The position numbers and the translations under genes were made by a program. Source: Camelus dromedarius (lineage: Eukaryota). From it: DNA of 64,000 bases. Location: contig NC_087436.1 of assembly GCF_036321535.1 (NCBI RefSeq), positions 8,060,001 to 8,124,000 on the forward strand. The letters run 5' to 3'. Shown here piece by piece: positions 14,101-27,140 of this stretch. The notes under the pieces are model-generated. The model was not told the DNA's origin, did no database searches, and saw only the letters and a program-made list of their open reading frames with translations. Each line of letters starts with the position of its first letter. Positions within the stretch are counted from its first letter, which is position 1.

Positions 14101-14427
14101 GGAGCATTTCCTGTGTAACAGAAAATGGAGATATTCTCCAATCAGATAATTGTCCATGTTTGTGTAAGATACAGAGATTCTCTAGTATTTAATCTAGTAT
14201 GTAATTAACCTCAAAAGGTCTAACATACATTTAGTTAATGAAAGAATTATCAATGTTTAGTTCACTTGTATATGGAGACAGAGAATCAGAAATGAAAAGA
14301 AAATCACTCATGGCTTTCAAAATGATTGCATTTGACTCAGCGTTTCTACACAACATAAAGTATAAAACACACACGTTGTGGCTTTGCTTCATCCTCCTGG
14401 ATACAACTTCTTTTGAAACTTAGTTAG

Positions 14428-15148
14428 ATTTTTTTTTCAATTGAAGTATAGTTGATTTACAATGTTGCATTAGTTCCTGATGTACAGCACAGTGATTCAA
14501 TTATATATATACATATATTACTTTTCAGATTATTTTCTGTTGTAGGTTATTATAAGATATTGAATATAGTTCCCTGTGCTATACAGTAGGACCTTGTTGT
14601 TTATCTATTCTGCATATAGTAGTTTGTATCTGCTAATCCCAAACTCTTAATTTATCCCTCCTCCCAACTCCTTTCCCTGTTGGTAACCATACTTTGTTTT
14701 CTATGTCTTGAGTCTGTTTCTGTTTTCTAAGTAAGTTCACTTACATCTTTTTTTTTAGATTCCACACGTAAGTCATATCATATTACATTTATCTTTTTCT
14801 GTCTGACTTACTTCATTTATAATCTCCTGGTCCATCCATGTTGCTGCAGATAGCATTACTACATTCTTTTTTTTTTTCATGGGAAAATAACGTTTTATTG
14901 AAACTGTATAATTAGACACCAGAAGACCTGGTACTTTCTCTTCCTAGTGCCCAATGAATCTTTTTTTTTTCTCTTTTATTTTTTTAAACATTTTTTATTG
15001 AGTTATAGTCATTTTACAATGTTGTATCAAATTCCAGTGTAGAGCACAATTTTTCAGTTACACATGACTTCATTCTTTTTTATGGTTGAGTAGTATTTCA
15101 CGTATATATATGTACACCACATCTTCTTTATCCATATATCTGTTGATT
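14428..15148 (-). mobile_element. Artiodactyl L1 3' end containing a nested younger insertion (14867-15067)
   Basis: ttgaagtatagttgatttacaatgttg...aatatagttccctgtgctatacagtaggacc...tccatccatgttgctgca. Flanked by a tagattttt direct repeat. Confidence 0.9.
14867..15067 (-). mobile_element. Young 5'-truncated L1 with an ~83-nt 3' transduction
   Basis: On the minus strand: L1 terminus, A tail (14961-14970), unique 14878-14960 containing AATAAA (plus-strand tttatt 14894-14899), second A tail (14867-14877). TSD ctacattc / cttcattc. Confidence 0.75.
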
Positions 15149-16939
15149 CTTGGCTAGATTTTTATAAGGGCTTCCAAATCAATAGGAATTGTTTTAAAAA
15201 TAACTTTGAGCACAGATGAGCCATGAGGAAGAGAGCTTATATTATTAATATTAATTAATGGAAATGTTGTTGAAATAAGTAGCTTTTACTTAAGCAAAAA
15301 CAAACAAAAAATAAACTTGGGTGGTATTAACTGAAGATACAAATGTACACGTGAATGTGGGTCATCATTTAACTCTAAACAACAACAAGTCTGTTCCAAA
15401 GAATTTGTTTACAGTTTCGGGCAGTGGTAGATTAATTTGCAAAAGAGCAATGAAGCTGGAAAAATGCTACTGCTTTTAAGTCAGTAGAACTAGAAGACAG
15501 ATCAGAATAAACTAAAATGAAGCCAAACACGATCAGTTCTTTAATTGCTCAGGGCTACTTGTGTAGCCAAAATGAGATCTTAATTCTTGTCTCTTCGATT
15601 TGATGACTGTAGAGTCACTGATTTCTCTAATTCTGAATTAGTCCACATCTGACTGAATTTTGCTTGCATTTTCAAACAACTCTTATGCTATTTAAAAGCA
15701 GAACCCCAATGATTTATTTGGCAGTTTTTTCTACTATGTGAATAACCTTCCCCGTTGAAATTAGCAAAGTTCAGATAGAGTATCCTTATCTCTGTGTATT
15801 ATTATTGATTTTTTAAAAGAAATTTATTTATGTATTTTTTTTTAGATGATGGCTACATATTCACTGTTTTCATAAGTTTGGGACAGTTTCTAAAAATTAA
15901 TGTAATTACTTCAGTGATTGTAATAGTGAATTACTGCCTGGTACCTTCATCAGAACATAATTACTCCCTCCCACTTCTTCATACATTATGTTTTGAGAAC
16001 CACCTATCAGGGCTTGTTTAAGCGCAAATACTTTTTGACTTTTCTTCACTTGATTACCGTGTGACCTAGAGAGGCAGGCAAACAGCTTTGCATCGGACAC
16101 TGGCAATGCTTTGTGGCTACTGTCACCTATTTTCAAATTGTTTACTTAATTTCTTGTATCATGCACACATTCTGTAGTCAGTGTATCTAAAATATAAAAT
16201 AGGATAAAGTGAAAAATATCTCTCCCATCTTTCTACTAACCTTGCCATCTCTTTACGAAATCAGATAAACATCTAAATTAACCTAAAGTTAAAAAACTCT
16301 CTGAACATTTCAGAGACTATATATTTAATGATTTTTTTTCCACAAAACAGTTATTTTTCTCTTTAGGTAACCAGAGTTTTATATGTCAAAGGATGTAATA
16401 TCATGATAGTGTACACAATCATATCAGTTTCCTAAAATCAATGATTTCTTTTGATATATATATATGTAATGATATTGAGATCTTCTGATTCTAAGATCCT
16501 TTGATATGTGTTGCATTTGTTTGGCTTGAAACCTTAAGATAATAATGTTTTAGGAAAAAAACTGTAAGTCAGCTGTAAAGTCATCTGCAAGCTTGTCACT
16601 CTTAGAGATCGGGAAATAAATACTGCAGGAATACTGACCTTGGAAAAGGACAATCGATTTTTTCCCCTCAAATTACATAGTGTAATACAGGTTGTGAACC
16701 TTTGTTATTAAGGTACAGCATGTTTCTGTTCTAAAACATGGTCTGTTTTGAAAGAAAAGCATCTGATCATAACTTGGAAAACATAGTCTCAGCGGATCTT
16801 AATAAGGTAAAGAGAATGTTGCAAAGTCAAGCATTTTAGATCAATGACAATATCATGCAAACATTGATTTGTTTTTTTGTGACTTGGCACCACATGATGT
16901 GAGGAGGTAAATATGCTTCAGAAAATGCACTGCACTTAC

Positions 16940-17027
16940 AGCGCTAATCACTGAGGGCTCTGTCTTTTGTTTTCTTCTTATCTCAACCCCCCTTGTGGAG
17001 ATTTTGGTTGATAGGTGTCATGGGAGA
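16940..17027 (-). ncRNA. Candidate non-coding exon (88 nt)
   Basis: Minus-strand acceptor cttttggttttgcag| and donor GCT|gtaagt are both near consensus, but all three frames contain stops. Confidence 0.2.
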
Positions 17028-17569
17028 CTGCAAAACCAAAAGTTTGATACCTCGCAACTATTCAATCACAACACTTGCAAGACTAATCATAAGAATAATT
17101 ACAAGAATATTTGTAAGAATCAGCAGCTTTCTCATTCTGCCAGACTCCTCACCAATAATCTGAATGCAATCCTACAACTTTATTAAACTTCTGTTTTTCC
17201 CTGTATTCTCAATCATCATTTTGTGAAATGCACCAGTTGTCAGTCTCATTTCTCATTTCTGCATTGATTGCTTGATTACATGTCTCTCAATGTGTACTCC
17301 TAATTCACTGTTAAGATATACTGAAAATATGGAGAAGTCTAAGTAAAACAAACCCCTGTTTGAATCTCACAGTTTGAGGCAATTGCTATTGTTTTCTGTT
17401 TAAATGAAGTATTCTAATCATGTGAAATTTGTTCCAGAGATCTCTCTTAGGAACATTTTAGTAACTCTTGAATAAACATTAAAATAACTGACATGTTCTC
17501 ACATGTTTATTGGCTATTCATCAAATTAGTAGACTAATTTGGTCTCATTTAAAATAGTTATTTTGTCAA

Positions 17570-17780
17570 GATTACTGGCTGCTGTGTAGAAGGCAGATTA
17601 GAAGGCAGAAGAGATGAAGTAGACATCTCAGTTAGAAGCCTACTGCAGCCTTCCACATGGGAAATAATACTGAATGGGCCAGGGTGGTAGCAGGGATGTG
17701 AAGAAAAGGGGAAGAATTCGAGAGAGATTTTGGAAGAACAATTGGTGGGACCTGGTTGCCTAATTTCTGATTCCCCTGAT
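17570..17780 (-). mobile_element. L2 fragment
   Basis: actggctgctgtgtagaaggcagattag...gttagaagcctactgcagccttccac...ccagggtggtagcagggatg...gagagagattttgga, antisense L2. Confidence 0.65.
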
Positions 17781-17837
17781 AGCTCCTTGCACAGACAAGA
17801 GGGTTGATTCTATGTGATGTCACTGTTCTGAACAAAG

Positions 17838-17865
17838 TGGGGGTGGGGGGCATAGCTCAGTGGTA
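17838..17865 (+). mobile_element. Truncated head of a tRNA-derived SINE
   Basis: gggggtgggggcatagctcagtggta matches the 5' end of the SINE at 4906-5040, then similarity stops. Confidence 0.5.
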
Positions 17866-19619
17866 ATTTCAATATATCTTAGAAAAAAAATTTATAGGTA
17901 AAAAATAAAATAAAGTTATTTTATTGTTTTAATATCTTGCTCTAATAAGTTAACTCTCCCCTAACTTTAATTATTTGGATGCATATTGCTTTTATACTAT
18001 ACTACACAGTAAAATGCTTCTCTTACTTTTTCTATCCTATACCATATGCAATCTCTGAAGTTCTTTCTATGTCTGATGTAAAAATAGAGAGTGTCTCTTG
18101 ATATTCCACTACACAAATTAACCATTAACTAAAGAAAATCAGAATAAAAGGTCACATTTCAAATTTGTACTTTCTATTTAAAGTGGCTCGTAAGACCTTC
18201 TTAGAATGTGTTAAAACTACTAGATGCAAGTTTGTTTAAAAATCTAGCAGCTGATCTGTCAATTCTGGTATTTCCAATCAGTGCAGGTCTTCCCGTTTTT
18301 CTGCATGGATTTCTTCTCCATTTTTAGGTGTTCAAATGAAACTGCTTTGATTTTGAAACACCCACAGTACTGGCCTTACTAATGTCTGAGTAACAGATGT
18401 TGAATAGACACGTCTTCCTTTTCAGTTCTGATGCTCTGCTATTTTCCCAGGTTATTAACCCCACTGTTTCCTGTCATTTCTCTCTCATCCCTCACTAATA
18501 ACTCCATCTGCTGATCAGTGAGCAAGTTAAATCATTATCATATCTTCTGCCTGTTCCTTATCTTTCTTCTTAGAAATAAAATTATCTCATTAGACTGTAG
18601 TTATTCTCTCAAGTCTAATAGCTATAAGCTTTAAAAAAAAAAAAACCTTTATAATATTTTCTGTTTTCACATCCCTTTGCATACACATGAAAAGAAAGTC
18701 ATCCTTTCGTTTTAGTGTAAACATTTCTCAGCTCTCATTTAATATAAAAGCTTGAATCACCACACTAATATTATCTTTCATTTCTGAGTCTCATTATTAA
18801 CATTGACATCACAGATAATGCATTTTTGCACTTATATTAACCCTTGAAACATATTCTCATCATTTTTTTCTGTGCAACATAGTTTATGAATCATAAGTAG
18901 CATTAACAAGAGAAAAATTGTCAGGGAGCAAAATTTCCAAAGGTCACAAAGTTATTATTACTAGTGATGGTCTCACCTACTCATTATTGTTATTTTATTT
19001 TTTGACCATGAATTCCTTTATGGAAATGATTTCTTTTTTTCTTTAGCCTTTTATAGGGAGATATGTTTTCCAGTTCAATAATACGGTGGCATCTAAGAGA
19101 AACTGTACATTCACTGTGATGCTAAGCAACTTTCACAGACACTTTTGATCACTAAGAATCCTATAATCATCTTCATTGTCACGTAGCCAGGATGGTGTCA
19201 AAGAAGACAATTCTTGCAGGTGTATTCTAAATTGCAACAAAATATTTTTAAGAACTATTTTATTCGTTACAAAGTGCTCAAATGATTTAATTGCTATGTC
19301 TCAAGGGATATCTGCCAAGTGGTCTACATAGAAGAATAAATACCAGAGAAGAAAGATAACAACGTTTGATTATTTCTTAAGTCCATGTCTTAACGATGCT
19401 CACTCAACTTAGCCATTTAGGGAAAGTGGTTTATGTTTGCTAAAGTATTTCAGGAGGGACAATTTTCAAGGGAAACTATTAGAAAAATCAATAACTTGTA
19501 AGTACACAGCTCTTTAAAAGAAATGTCCTTTAGCTAATCTGTCATAGGTCAGAAAATATAAATTAAGTATTTCCTAACAGAAGGATGGTCAGGCTTCTGC
19601 TTCTACTTTGAGCCTTTTG

Positions 19620-20180
19620 GCTCTGCCTTGCATACAGTTGTCTAAAAGAATTTATCTAATGCCGTTGTTCTAAGCAAATATTGATGCATAACACATCAGT
19701 GGACATTGTAGAAGCTCAAGCAACCAGTGCCATTTTGTTTAGCTCATGTACCCGCAATGCAGGCAGTGCCCACTGGGAAAGGTTTATCTCTGCCTCGTGC
19801 AGTAACAGCTGGGGAACTTGACAGGGGCTGGGGAACCTACTTCCAAAGTGGCTCGTTCATGTGGATCATGAATTGGAGCTGGCTGTTGGGTGGGAAGTCA
19901 GGTGGAACTATGAGGTGAGACACCTGCCATCACCTCTTTGAATGGCCTGGGTTCTCTCTAAGCATGGCGGTTGCTGGGTTCCAAGGATGGAGCCCCAGGA
20001 AAACCATGGGGCACCTGTGTCACTTCTGACGGCATAACCTCAGGACTTAATTCAAGAGTAGACACATTTTTACCCAGGAAACCTAGACCCCAATCCTCAA
20101 TGGAGGAGTATAAACACCAAATGTTAACAAGGCCACTGGGGATAGAAGACTTTGTTGTGGCCATCCTAAAAAAAATACAA
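19620..20180 (-). mobile_element. MaLR LTR (old MLT1 type)
   Basis: ggggctggggaacctacttccaaagtggctcgttcatgtgg...ggagctggctgttgg...agcatggcggttgctgggttccaag, antisense MLT1 motifs. Confidence 0.7.
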
Positions 20181-20699
20181 CCTGCACCAGTGTCCCACCT
20201 GTGGGGAAAAAAATCTGTGTTGTCTAATTTTTTAATTCTGGCCCAGCCCCCAAGTTTATTTAGTTTGATTCTGAGACAACGTGAATCTGAAACCCAAGGA
20301 CGAGAAATCCAATCCTGGCCAATAAATATCATGAGAATTACCAGGTGTGATTTCTTTCCACTTCTGCTCCTCCCACATCTCTTCCTAAGGACCTGCAGAG
20401 TTTTTCTCTTCCACACTCCCCTTACTTTCACGACTAAGGGTATTTCCTTCCAACAGGGAGTTGGCCTCCCTAGTCGTTCCTTTTTATTTTTATCCTCTTA
20501 CATTTTTAGTCTCTTTTTTTCTTTACTCATATCTTCCCCTTAATTTAAAAGCATGTGCAAATTTTCCAGATTCAAAGTTGCAATCGCGATACAATATTAT
20601 TTGATCCTTCCTCTCTGCATGACAGTCCTGCAGCTCCTGTACGTCGTCACTCATGTTCTTAAAAGGGTGGACCGCCATCTCTGTCTTAATTTTCTCCTC

Positions 20700-22090
20700 T
20701 TCCCTTTTCTTTCCACCCCAACCCACTGCATTCTGCTGTTGCCTTCTTGACTCCACGGAAATAATTTTAGCTGCTCTCCGCCAAGACCCTATCGCCAAAG
20801 CCGATTGATTTTAGCCCTGACTTACTGAGGCTCGATTCTGTTCCGCGTGAGCTACAGAGTCCATTACTTACCTCTTTAAAGCCTCTCTTCAGTCACCTTT
20901 CTTGATACTGCGCTTTCCTGATTCGTTTCAGTTTCTCATTCATGCTTTCACGGTCATTTTTCCATGTCTCTCTATCTCCTTTAAATTTGCACTTGCCTCA
21001 AGATTATACTTTCATCCATTTCTTTATTCATTGATTTATTTAAAAATATTAAGCTATTCAGACATTCTAGACCTATGCTAGGCACTGAAGTTAGAATGGT
21101 AAACATGATACTAAATCCCTTCCTGTCAAAATGCCAACAGGAGTATGTAAACCAGGCACCTAAATAGCCTCCTAAAAATCCGGAGCTGTGCTAAGTGCTA
21201 TTTTAGAGGAAGGAAATCATTTTATATGAGCATGTGCAGGAACACTTGCTGTCATTTCCAATTTAGCTAGTCTCATTAACTCGATAATGGTGCCCGCTTT
21301 CTCCTGCAAACTCATAGCATCTTCCCTTGCATCTCCCTATAATTTCAGATTTCATAAAAATATTTACTGGAAAGATTTCCCTGGCTCTGTCACAGGAAAG
21401 ACAACTCAACATGGTCAATGTTAAATAGCATTTTAATCCATTGTTCTGTGCGTGTCATCTGTGTCAGGGATCTGACCTTCCAGCCAGCGAGCAGATCTTA
21501 ACCCCTCCATCTCCCGCTTCCTGGTTAATCATGGTCCTTTGGCTTTTACGCCTTATTGATTTGTGATTCTGCTTCCTACTCTCATCTCTGTTACCTTCCA
21601 TGACCACATTTCAGGCACTTATCACTTAAGTGTCCTTATGCTAACTTAAAAATTACTCTCTCTGATTGTAAGTTGACGCAGTGAAATTCATCCTCCAATG
21701 TCCTCTAGGCAATTTATTTAAAAGACTTTCAGATTAAGTCACTATTCATTTAAAAAGCTTCAGTAACCTTCCATCAAATGAGAATCAAAGCATCAGCTCC
21801 TTCACCAGATAACCCCCTGCCCTCTCACTCTGGCCCACTCGCCATCCAGTCTCTTGCCTCTTTTATATTCAACCACATTTCACTGATTTTATTTTTCTAC
21901 ACACAATTTTATTTAACCACCTGAGGCCTTTGCTCATGTATCCTTATCCTGCTAGGAAACATCCTCTCCCTCCTTTCAGCCATATTACACAGTTTTCATG
22001 TTTAAGCAAAGGTTTATCTGACCTTCTCCTCAATCCACACACACGCATATTTCAAAATTTGTTCTTGCAAATGCTCTCATAATTCTCTTC
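20700..22090 (+). mobile_element. Decayed L2 (ORF2 RT region toward 3' end), with an opposite-strand L2 3' end at ~21030-21240
   Basis: ctccacggaaataat...gccaaagccgat...cttactgag...tttcttgatactgcgctttcctg and later aaaagcttcagtaaccttccat...ggcctttgctcatg follow the order of L2 consensus blocks. Confidence 0.65.
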
Positions 22091-22129
22091 GAATATTCAA
22101 TACAATTTAGTTTTATATTTTCCTATTGC

Positions 22130-22225
22130 CTATATGTGTGGTGTATATGTGTGTGTGTGTTTATGTATGTGTGTGTGTGTATATATATATATATATACGA
22201 TATTTACATAGATGTAGATATATAG
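22130..22225. repeat. (TG)n/(TA)n compound microsatellite
   Basis: Directly visible. Confidence 0.9.
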
Positions 22226-22255
22226 GAAATATACAGGAAGTTCAAGTCTTTTACA

Positions 22256-22702
22256 TTTTTTTAAATTCCACATATGAGTGATATCATACAGTGTTTTTCT
22301 TTCTCTTTCTGGCTTTCACCACTTAGAATGACAATCTCCAGGTCCACCCATGTTACTACAAATGGTATCATTTTATTCTTTTTTATGGCTGAGTAGTATT
22401 CCATTGTATAAATATACCACAATTTCTTTATCTAGTCATCTGTTCATGGACATTTAGGTTGTTTCCATGTTTTGGCTATTGTAAACAATGCTGCTATGAA
22501 CATTGGGGTGCATGTGTCTTTTTTAGTTTTATTTTTCTCTGGGTGTATGCCCAGGAGTGGGATTGCTGGATCATATGGTAAGTCTGTTTTTAGTCTTTTG
22601 AGGAATCTCCATATTGTCCTCCACAGTGGCTCCACCAGACTACGTTCCCACCAACAGTGCAGGAGGGTTGCCTTTTCTCCACAGCCTCTCCAGCATTTAT
22701 CA
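22256..22702 (-). mobile_element. L1 fragment, ORF2 C-terminus and proximal 3'UTR
   Basis: ORF 22444-22635 (-) [28 protein letters not shown]...[22 protein letters not shown] is the L1 ORF2 C-terminus. Confidence 0.95.
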
Positions 22703-23499
22703 TTAGTTCTTTAAATAATAAATATAATCTTATTTAAAAAGTCATGATGTCTAAATGTTCTCTAATAATTAGGTGTTATTTTTTAAATCATAAAAATAAT
22801 ACTGAAAAATAAAATCTTTTGGCACCACCAGGTATCATCTTAACAAATAACAATTATGATAAATGATTCTGGAGTGGAAAATTCCAGAAATGTTAATGAC
22901 ATTACTGAAAACGTAGCTTGGATTTGAAATCTACTCACGGGTCATCTGTTAGAAAGGATTTCTTAAAATAAGAACCACAGAACCCCCAAGGTTTAATTAG
23001 TGAACCATGAAGATAACTCAAAAATGTTCTGAAATTATGTTGTTCCTGTATCTGGGTCCCTGTGTATAAAATTGTCTGACTTGCAGACGACCGTAAAAGT
23101 AATCTTGGCCATGAAGTGGTATGATATAAATGGAATTAAAATAATAATTTTCTATATAGAGCTGAATAAAATAGGGAAAGCTGGGGACAAATACATACTT
23201 TAAATAAGTTATATTTGAAAACAGTACTAGGGAAAAATCAACTCTTTTGACTCCTAAGCACCTATACTCATCCTTTGATTATACAAATTCTTGGAGTCAG
23301 TATTTTGGATTATTTTCAAGGTAGTCATATCACCCTTATTACCCTCTCTTAACATTTTTATGAATTGCTTTGGTGTTTTGCTTTCCCTCCTTCCTCATTT
23401 GTCCTTCCTACCAGCACTCTGACTTCTTTTTTATTGAAAAAAAAAAAAAAGAAGAAGCTATCCCATTGCGTTTATTTTTGTGAGCCATTACAGCACAAT

Positions 23500-24500
23500 G
23501 CCCACTGTTTCTCTGTGGGTACTTAAGAGTTTCTTGGAAGCTCTCTGGTACTAGCTGTTCACTGATTACTGTGCCTCAGCCAGGGCTTAGGGGTGTATTC
23601 TAATCTCTGCCAGTCCAGTGACGTCTCCTCAGACTTGGAATCTCAAACAAATGGCTCAAGACCAGAAGTAGTTAATAGTCACTCAACCCAGTAGAGCTGG
23701 TCTACTGATGCTGCAAAGACTATTCCTAAAGGAAAGCTCGAGAAGGACCTCAGAACTCTATTCTGCCTCGATTACCATCCTGTTATCCTCTCATTTATAT
23801 AAGCTCCTAATACGCTCATGATAAATTTCCCATCTGCCAACCAATTATCAGGTTTGTTTTGAGTTTTTAACCAAAAATACTAGCTGATTAAAAAATTGCT
23901 ACTTAGAATGGCAACTTAGAAAAATGGCTACTTAGAATGAACACTCAGGAAAGAAAAAAAAAACTATTTGGAATTAGCTACAAAATTAAGAAGAGGAAGG
24001 AAGTATTTATATTTCAGGATGAGACATAATGATATTAGCATGTGCAGACACGTGAACCAGAGAACCAGACTTTTGGCAAAGCAGGTAAAAAATTAAAATA
24101 AAATACTATGACCCAGAGAACCACTTCCATGGCTGGTAATCTGTCATAATTTAACACAAGAGAGTGACAAATTCAAATACTTAGATCTGCACGAATTCAA
24201 GCGTGAGTTCTAAATAACCAGACCAAATTAGTCCACTCGACCCGTGATTAGGTAATTGGTAGCGGGTCAGATTCTCTTGAGATTTAGAATGAATGACAAA
24301 GAAGCCAGTGAGATCTGGAGTGACTGGAGCTGGGAATTGATGTGGACTGTGCCCTGTTGACGTCGTCAGGCTGTAAGGGACGTGAGGAGCCAGCTCCCAA
24401 AGAGAAGGGGAGAAAAGAAACGCCAAAGGGGGTGTAAGCCCCGGGACAACAGAGGGTGCGAGTGGGGCCAGTGCCCGTGAACTCTGACTCTACTGTGCAT
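23500..24500 (+). mobile_element. MaLR-like LTR (to ~23890) and possible internal remnant
   Basis: ataaatttccc...ggtttgttttgagtttttaaccaaaaatactagctgatta resembles an MLT1 LTR 3' end, followed by an aaattgctact internal-start-like motif. Confidence 0.4.
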
Positions 24501-24531
24501 TCTATGTCTGTCCTAGGACAGTGGCATCTTT

Positions 24532-24964
24532 TTTTTTAAACTGAAGTACAGTCGATTACATTGTGTCAATTTCTGATGCACAGCACAGTGTCCCAGTCAT
24601 GCATATACATACATATATCCATTTTCATATTCTTTTTCATTAAAGGTTATTACAAGATATTGAACATAGTTCCCCGTGCTATGCAGAAAGAACTTTTTTT
24701 AAATCTATTTTTATTTATAGTGGCTAACATTTGTAAATCTCAAACTCCTAAATTTATCCCTTCCCGCCCCTTTTCCCTGGTAACCATAAGATTGTTTACT
24801 ATGTCTGTGAGTCTGTTTCTATTTTGTAGATCAGTTCATAGTGTCCTTTTTTTTTTTAAGATTCCAGATATGAGTGATAACATATGGTATTTTTCTTTCC
24901 CTTTCTGGCTTACTTCACTTAGAATGACGATCTCTAGGTCCATCCATGTTGCTGCAAATGACAA
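24532..24964 (-). mobile_element. Lineage-specific L1 3' end
   Basis: ctgaagtacagtcgattacattgtgtcaatttctg...gtccatccatgttgctgcaaatg. TSD tggcatcttt on both sides. Confidence 0.92.
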
Positions 24965-25669
24965 TGGCATCTTTATCACAAAATCTTTTGCCTGAATACA
25001 ACATGTATAGGACGCTTCTGCGTGTACAACTTGAAACTCTCAAATATTCTCTGATGGTCCTGACTCCATCTGATTCATGTAGATTCATGTATGAATATTG
25101 AAAACAATTACAAGTTTAATCCTACAGATTCTGAATGTCTGAATTCATAACTTCTCTTCTTGCTTGTGCAAACATTCAAAAATTTTTTGGGGAAGACCAA
25201 GTCCCTGATCATTGGGAAAAGATTATTTGCAGGAATGTGTACGTTTCTCAGAACTTAATGCCCAAAGAAGCTTTCAATGAACTTCCTCTGTCTTTAGAAG
25301 CTGTTTCTCCATGGATTGAAAACTTTTGACTCTCCTTCCTACAAAAAATTTAATAATTATCTTCCCTCACACTTACGAGGTGGGTAACTAAAACCAGACC
25401 CTAGCATGTCCCAAGGAAGCAAGCCTAAATAAAACTCTTAAATTTCCATCAGCATGTTTTTCTTGGGACTGTTTCTGGTTGTGAAGTTTCAGGGTGCTTG
25501 TCTGAGAAAGGAAGTATGATTTTAGTTTTGAACGATGTCTCAGGAGGATATACTTCATGGGATTCTGCAAATGGTTTGGAAATAGTTTACTTAAGGACTT
25601 TCTTGTATGGATCATGCAACTCAGGACACAGCCCTCGGCCCTGCCAATGACTGCTCTTTACCTTACACA

Positions 25670-25800
25670 GATCTACAAATCTCAAAGCTGGCTGCAAATC
25701 AGCATCACCTGGGGGAGATTTAAAAATGCCATTTTCTGGGTGCCATTTCTAGAGATTCTGATTTCTTCATTCTGGCCTGGGTTCCAGGAATTTGTTTTAT
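25670..25800. mobile_element. MER5-type hAT-Charlie element
   Basis: tctcaaagctggctgcaaatcagcatcacctggggg...tttaaaaat...agagattctgattt...ggcctggg...ccaggaat. Confidence 0.7.
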
Positions 25801-25829
25801 TTTTACGTATTGGATTTCAGTAAGATTTC

Positions 25830-26375
25830 AACCTTACAAAAACTTTGCAAGAACACTTGTGGAACGTTTATCAGTTTGGACTTATCTCTTTCTTCTTCAT
25901 GAATAAAGCCAGGCGATCCATTTGGGGGGGGCAGAAATATCACAGAAATGACTCCACTTTATTTATTGTCTTCAAATTGCATTTTGTGAGGTGCTGTACA
26001 AGTTCTATGTGTTGAATTGCTGATTGTGGAAACATGGTTAACAGGACTAAGGTGGTGGCGGCCAATTTTCTCTACCGTAAAATTACCCATCTTCCCTTTG
26101 TAATTAGCAATGATTTTATAGGCGATACACTGAGATTATGCAAATACCCACTTCTTGTTAAACTGTGAATCACTGGTTTTAGACTTCCTTATTTATTCTT
26201 GACTGAATCAATTCGAGGAGACACAATCTATGATGCTAAAATGTTCCATATTTGGCCAGTGGGAGACCCCTATACCTGACTTCCAAATGTGTTAAAGAGA
26301 GTGTTTGTGGCTGGCAAAACCAAAAATGTTTACTCTCTGGCCCGTTACCAAAAAAAGTTGGCTAACCCTGCTGTT
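25830..26375. mobile_element. Old L1M 3'UTR fragment followed by a MER58 terminal fragment (~26300-26372)
   Basis: ttcttcatgaataaa...aaatatcacagaaatga...ttttctctaccgtaaaattac...ctttgtaatta (L1M), then aaaatgtttactctctggcccgttaccaaaaaaagttggctaaccctg (MER58). Confidence 0.55.
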
Positions 26376-26456
26376 AATTGAAATATATTTTTTCCAGGTA
26401 TTTGAGATGCTGCAATGGAAAACTTCGTGTTGGGTCTAATAAGACCCAAATCCTTC

Positions 26457-26906
26457 TAAGACAATCCTTGGCTTACAATGGTTTGACTTTATAATGGGGC
26501 AAAAGCCACTCTGAATTTTGAGTTTTGATCTTTTCCTAGACTAGTGACAGGCAGTAAGATCCTCTCTCGTGATGCTGGCCTGTGGCAGGTCCTAGTCAGC
26601 CACGCGATTATGCAAGTAAACCACAGACACCCTGACAACTTTTCTGTACCCATAAGACCACTCTGTTTTTCACTTTCAGTACAGTATTCAATAAATTACA
26701 TGAGATACTCCCCATTTCATTGTAAAACAGGCTTTGTTGTAGATGATTTTGTCCAACTGTAGGTTTAAGTGAGTGCTCTGAACATGTTTATGGTAGGCAA
26801 GGCTAAGCCATAACGCTCGGTGGGTTAGATGTATTAAATGCATTTTGCACTTACTATATTGTCAGCTTATGACCATAACCTCATTATAGGTCGAGGTAGA
26901 TCTGTA
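26457..26906 (-). mobile_element. Tigger5/MER47-type TcMar DNA transposon
   Basis: ctgtttttcactttcagtacagtattcaataaattacatgagatac...tagatgattttgtccaactgtagg...aggctaagc...gtattaaatgcatttt. Degenerate terminal inverted repeats ending in ctgta. Confidence 0.85.
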
Positions 26907-26919
26907 GTGTTTATGCCCA

Positions 26920-27140
26920 GTTCCTGGTTGTATATAGTTAGAATTAAGAGCCTTAGCAACCCGGTAGGTTGCCAATATTTGCATATCTTACCCATAATGA
27001 AAAGGCAACTGTAAAAGAAATGAGTTAACAATAGTATGCCCTCGAGGGCTTAACAGCTTAAATAGCTATACATGTAAATACGTGTTCATCTAAATGAGTT
27101 AACACAGGCACGTAATAAACGTTTGCCATTATTTTTATTC
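26920..27140 (+). mobile_element. MIR fragment
   Basis: tatagttagaattaagagc...ctgtaaaagaaatgagttaacaatagtatgccctc...aataaacgtttgccattatt. Confidence 0.5.

Noticed and set aside
16940..17027. Coding interpretation of the minus-strand exon candidate
   Set aside because: It is 88 nt with stops in all three frames.
19958..20543. Longest ORFs (190 aa on +, 157 aa on -)
   Set aside because: They overlap an MLT1 LTR and pyrimidine-rich low-complexity DNA, with no recognisable domain or exon structure.
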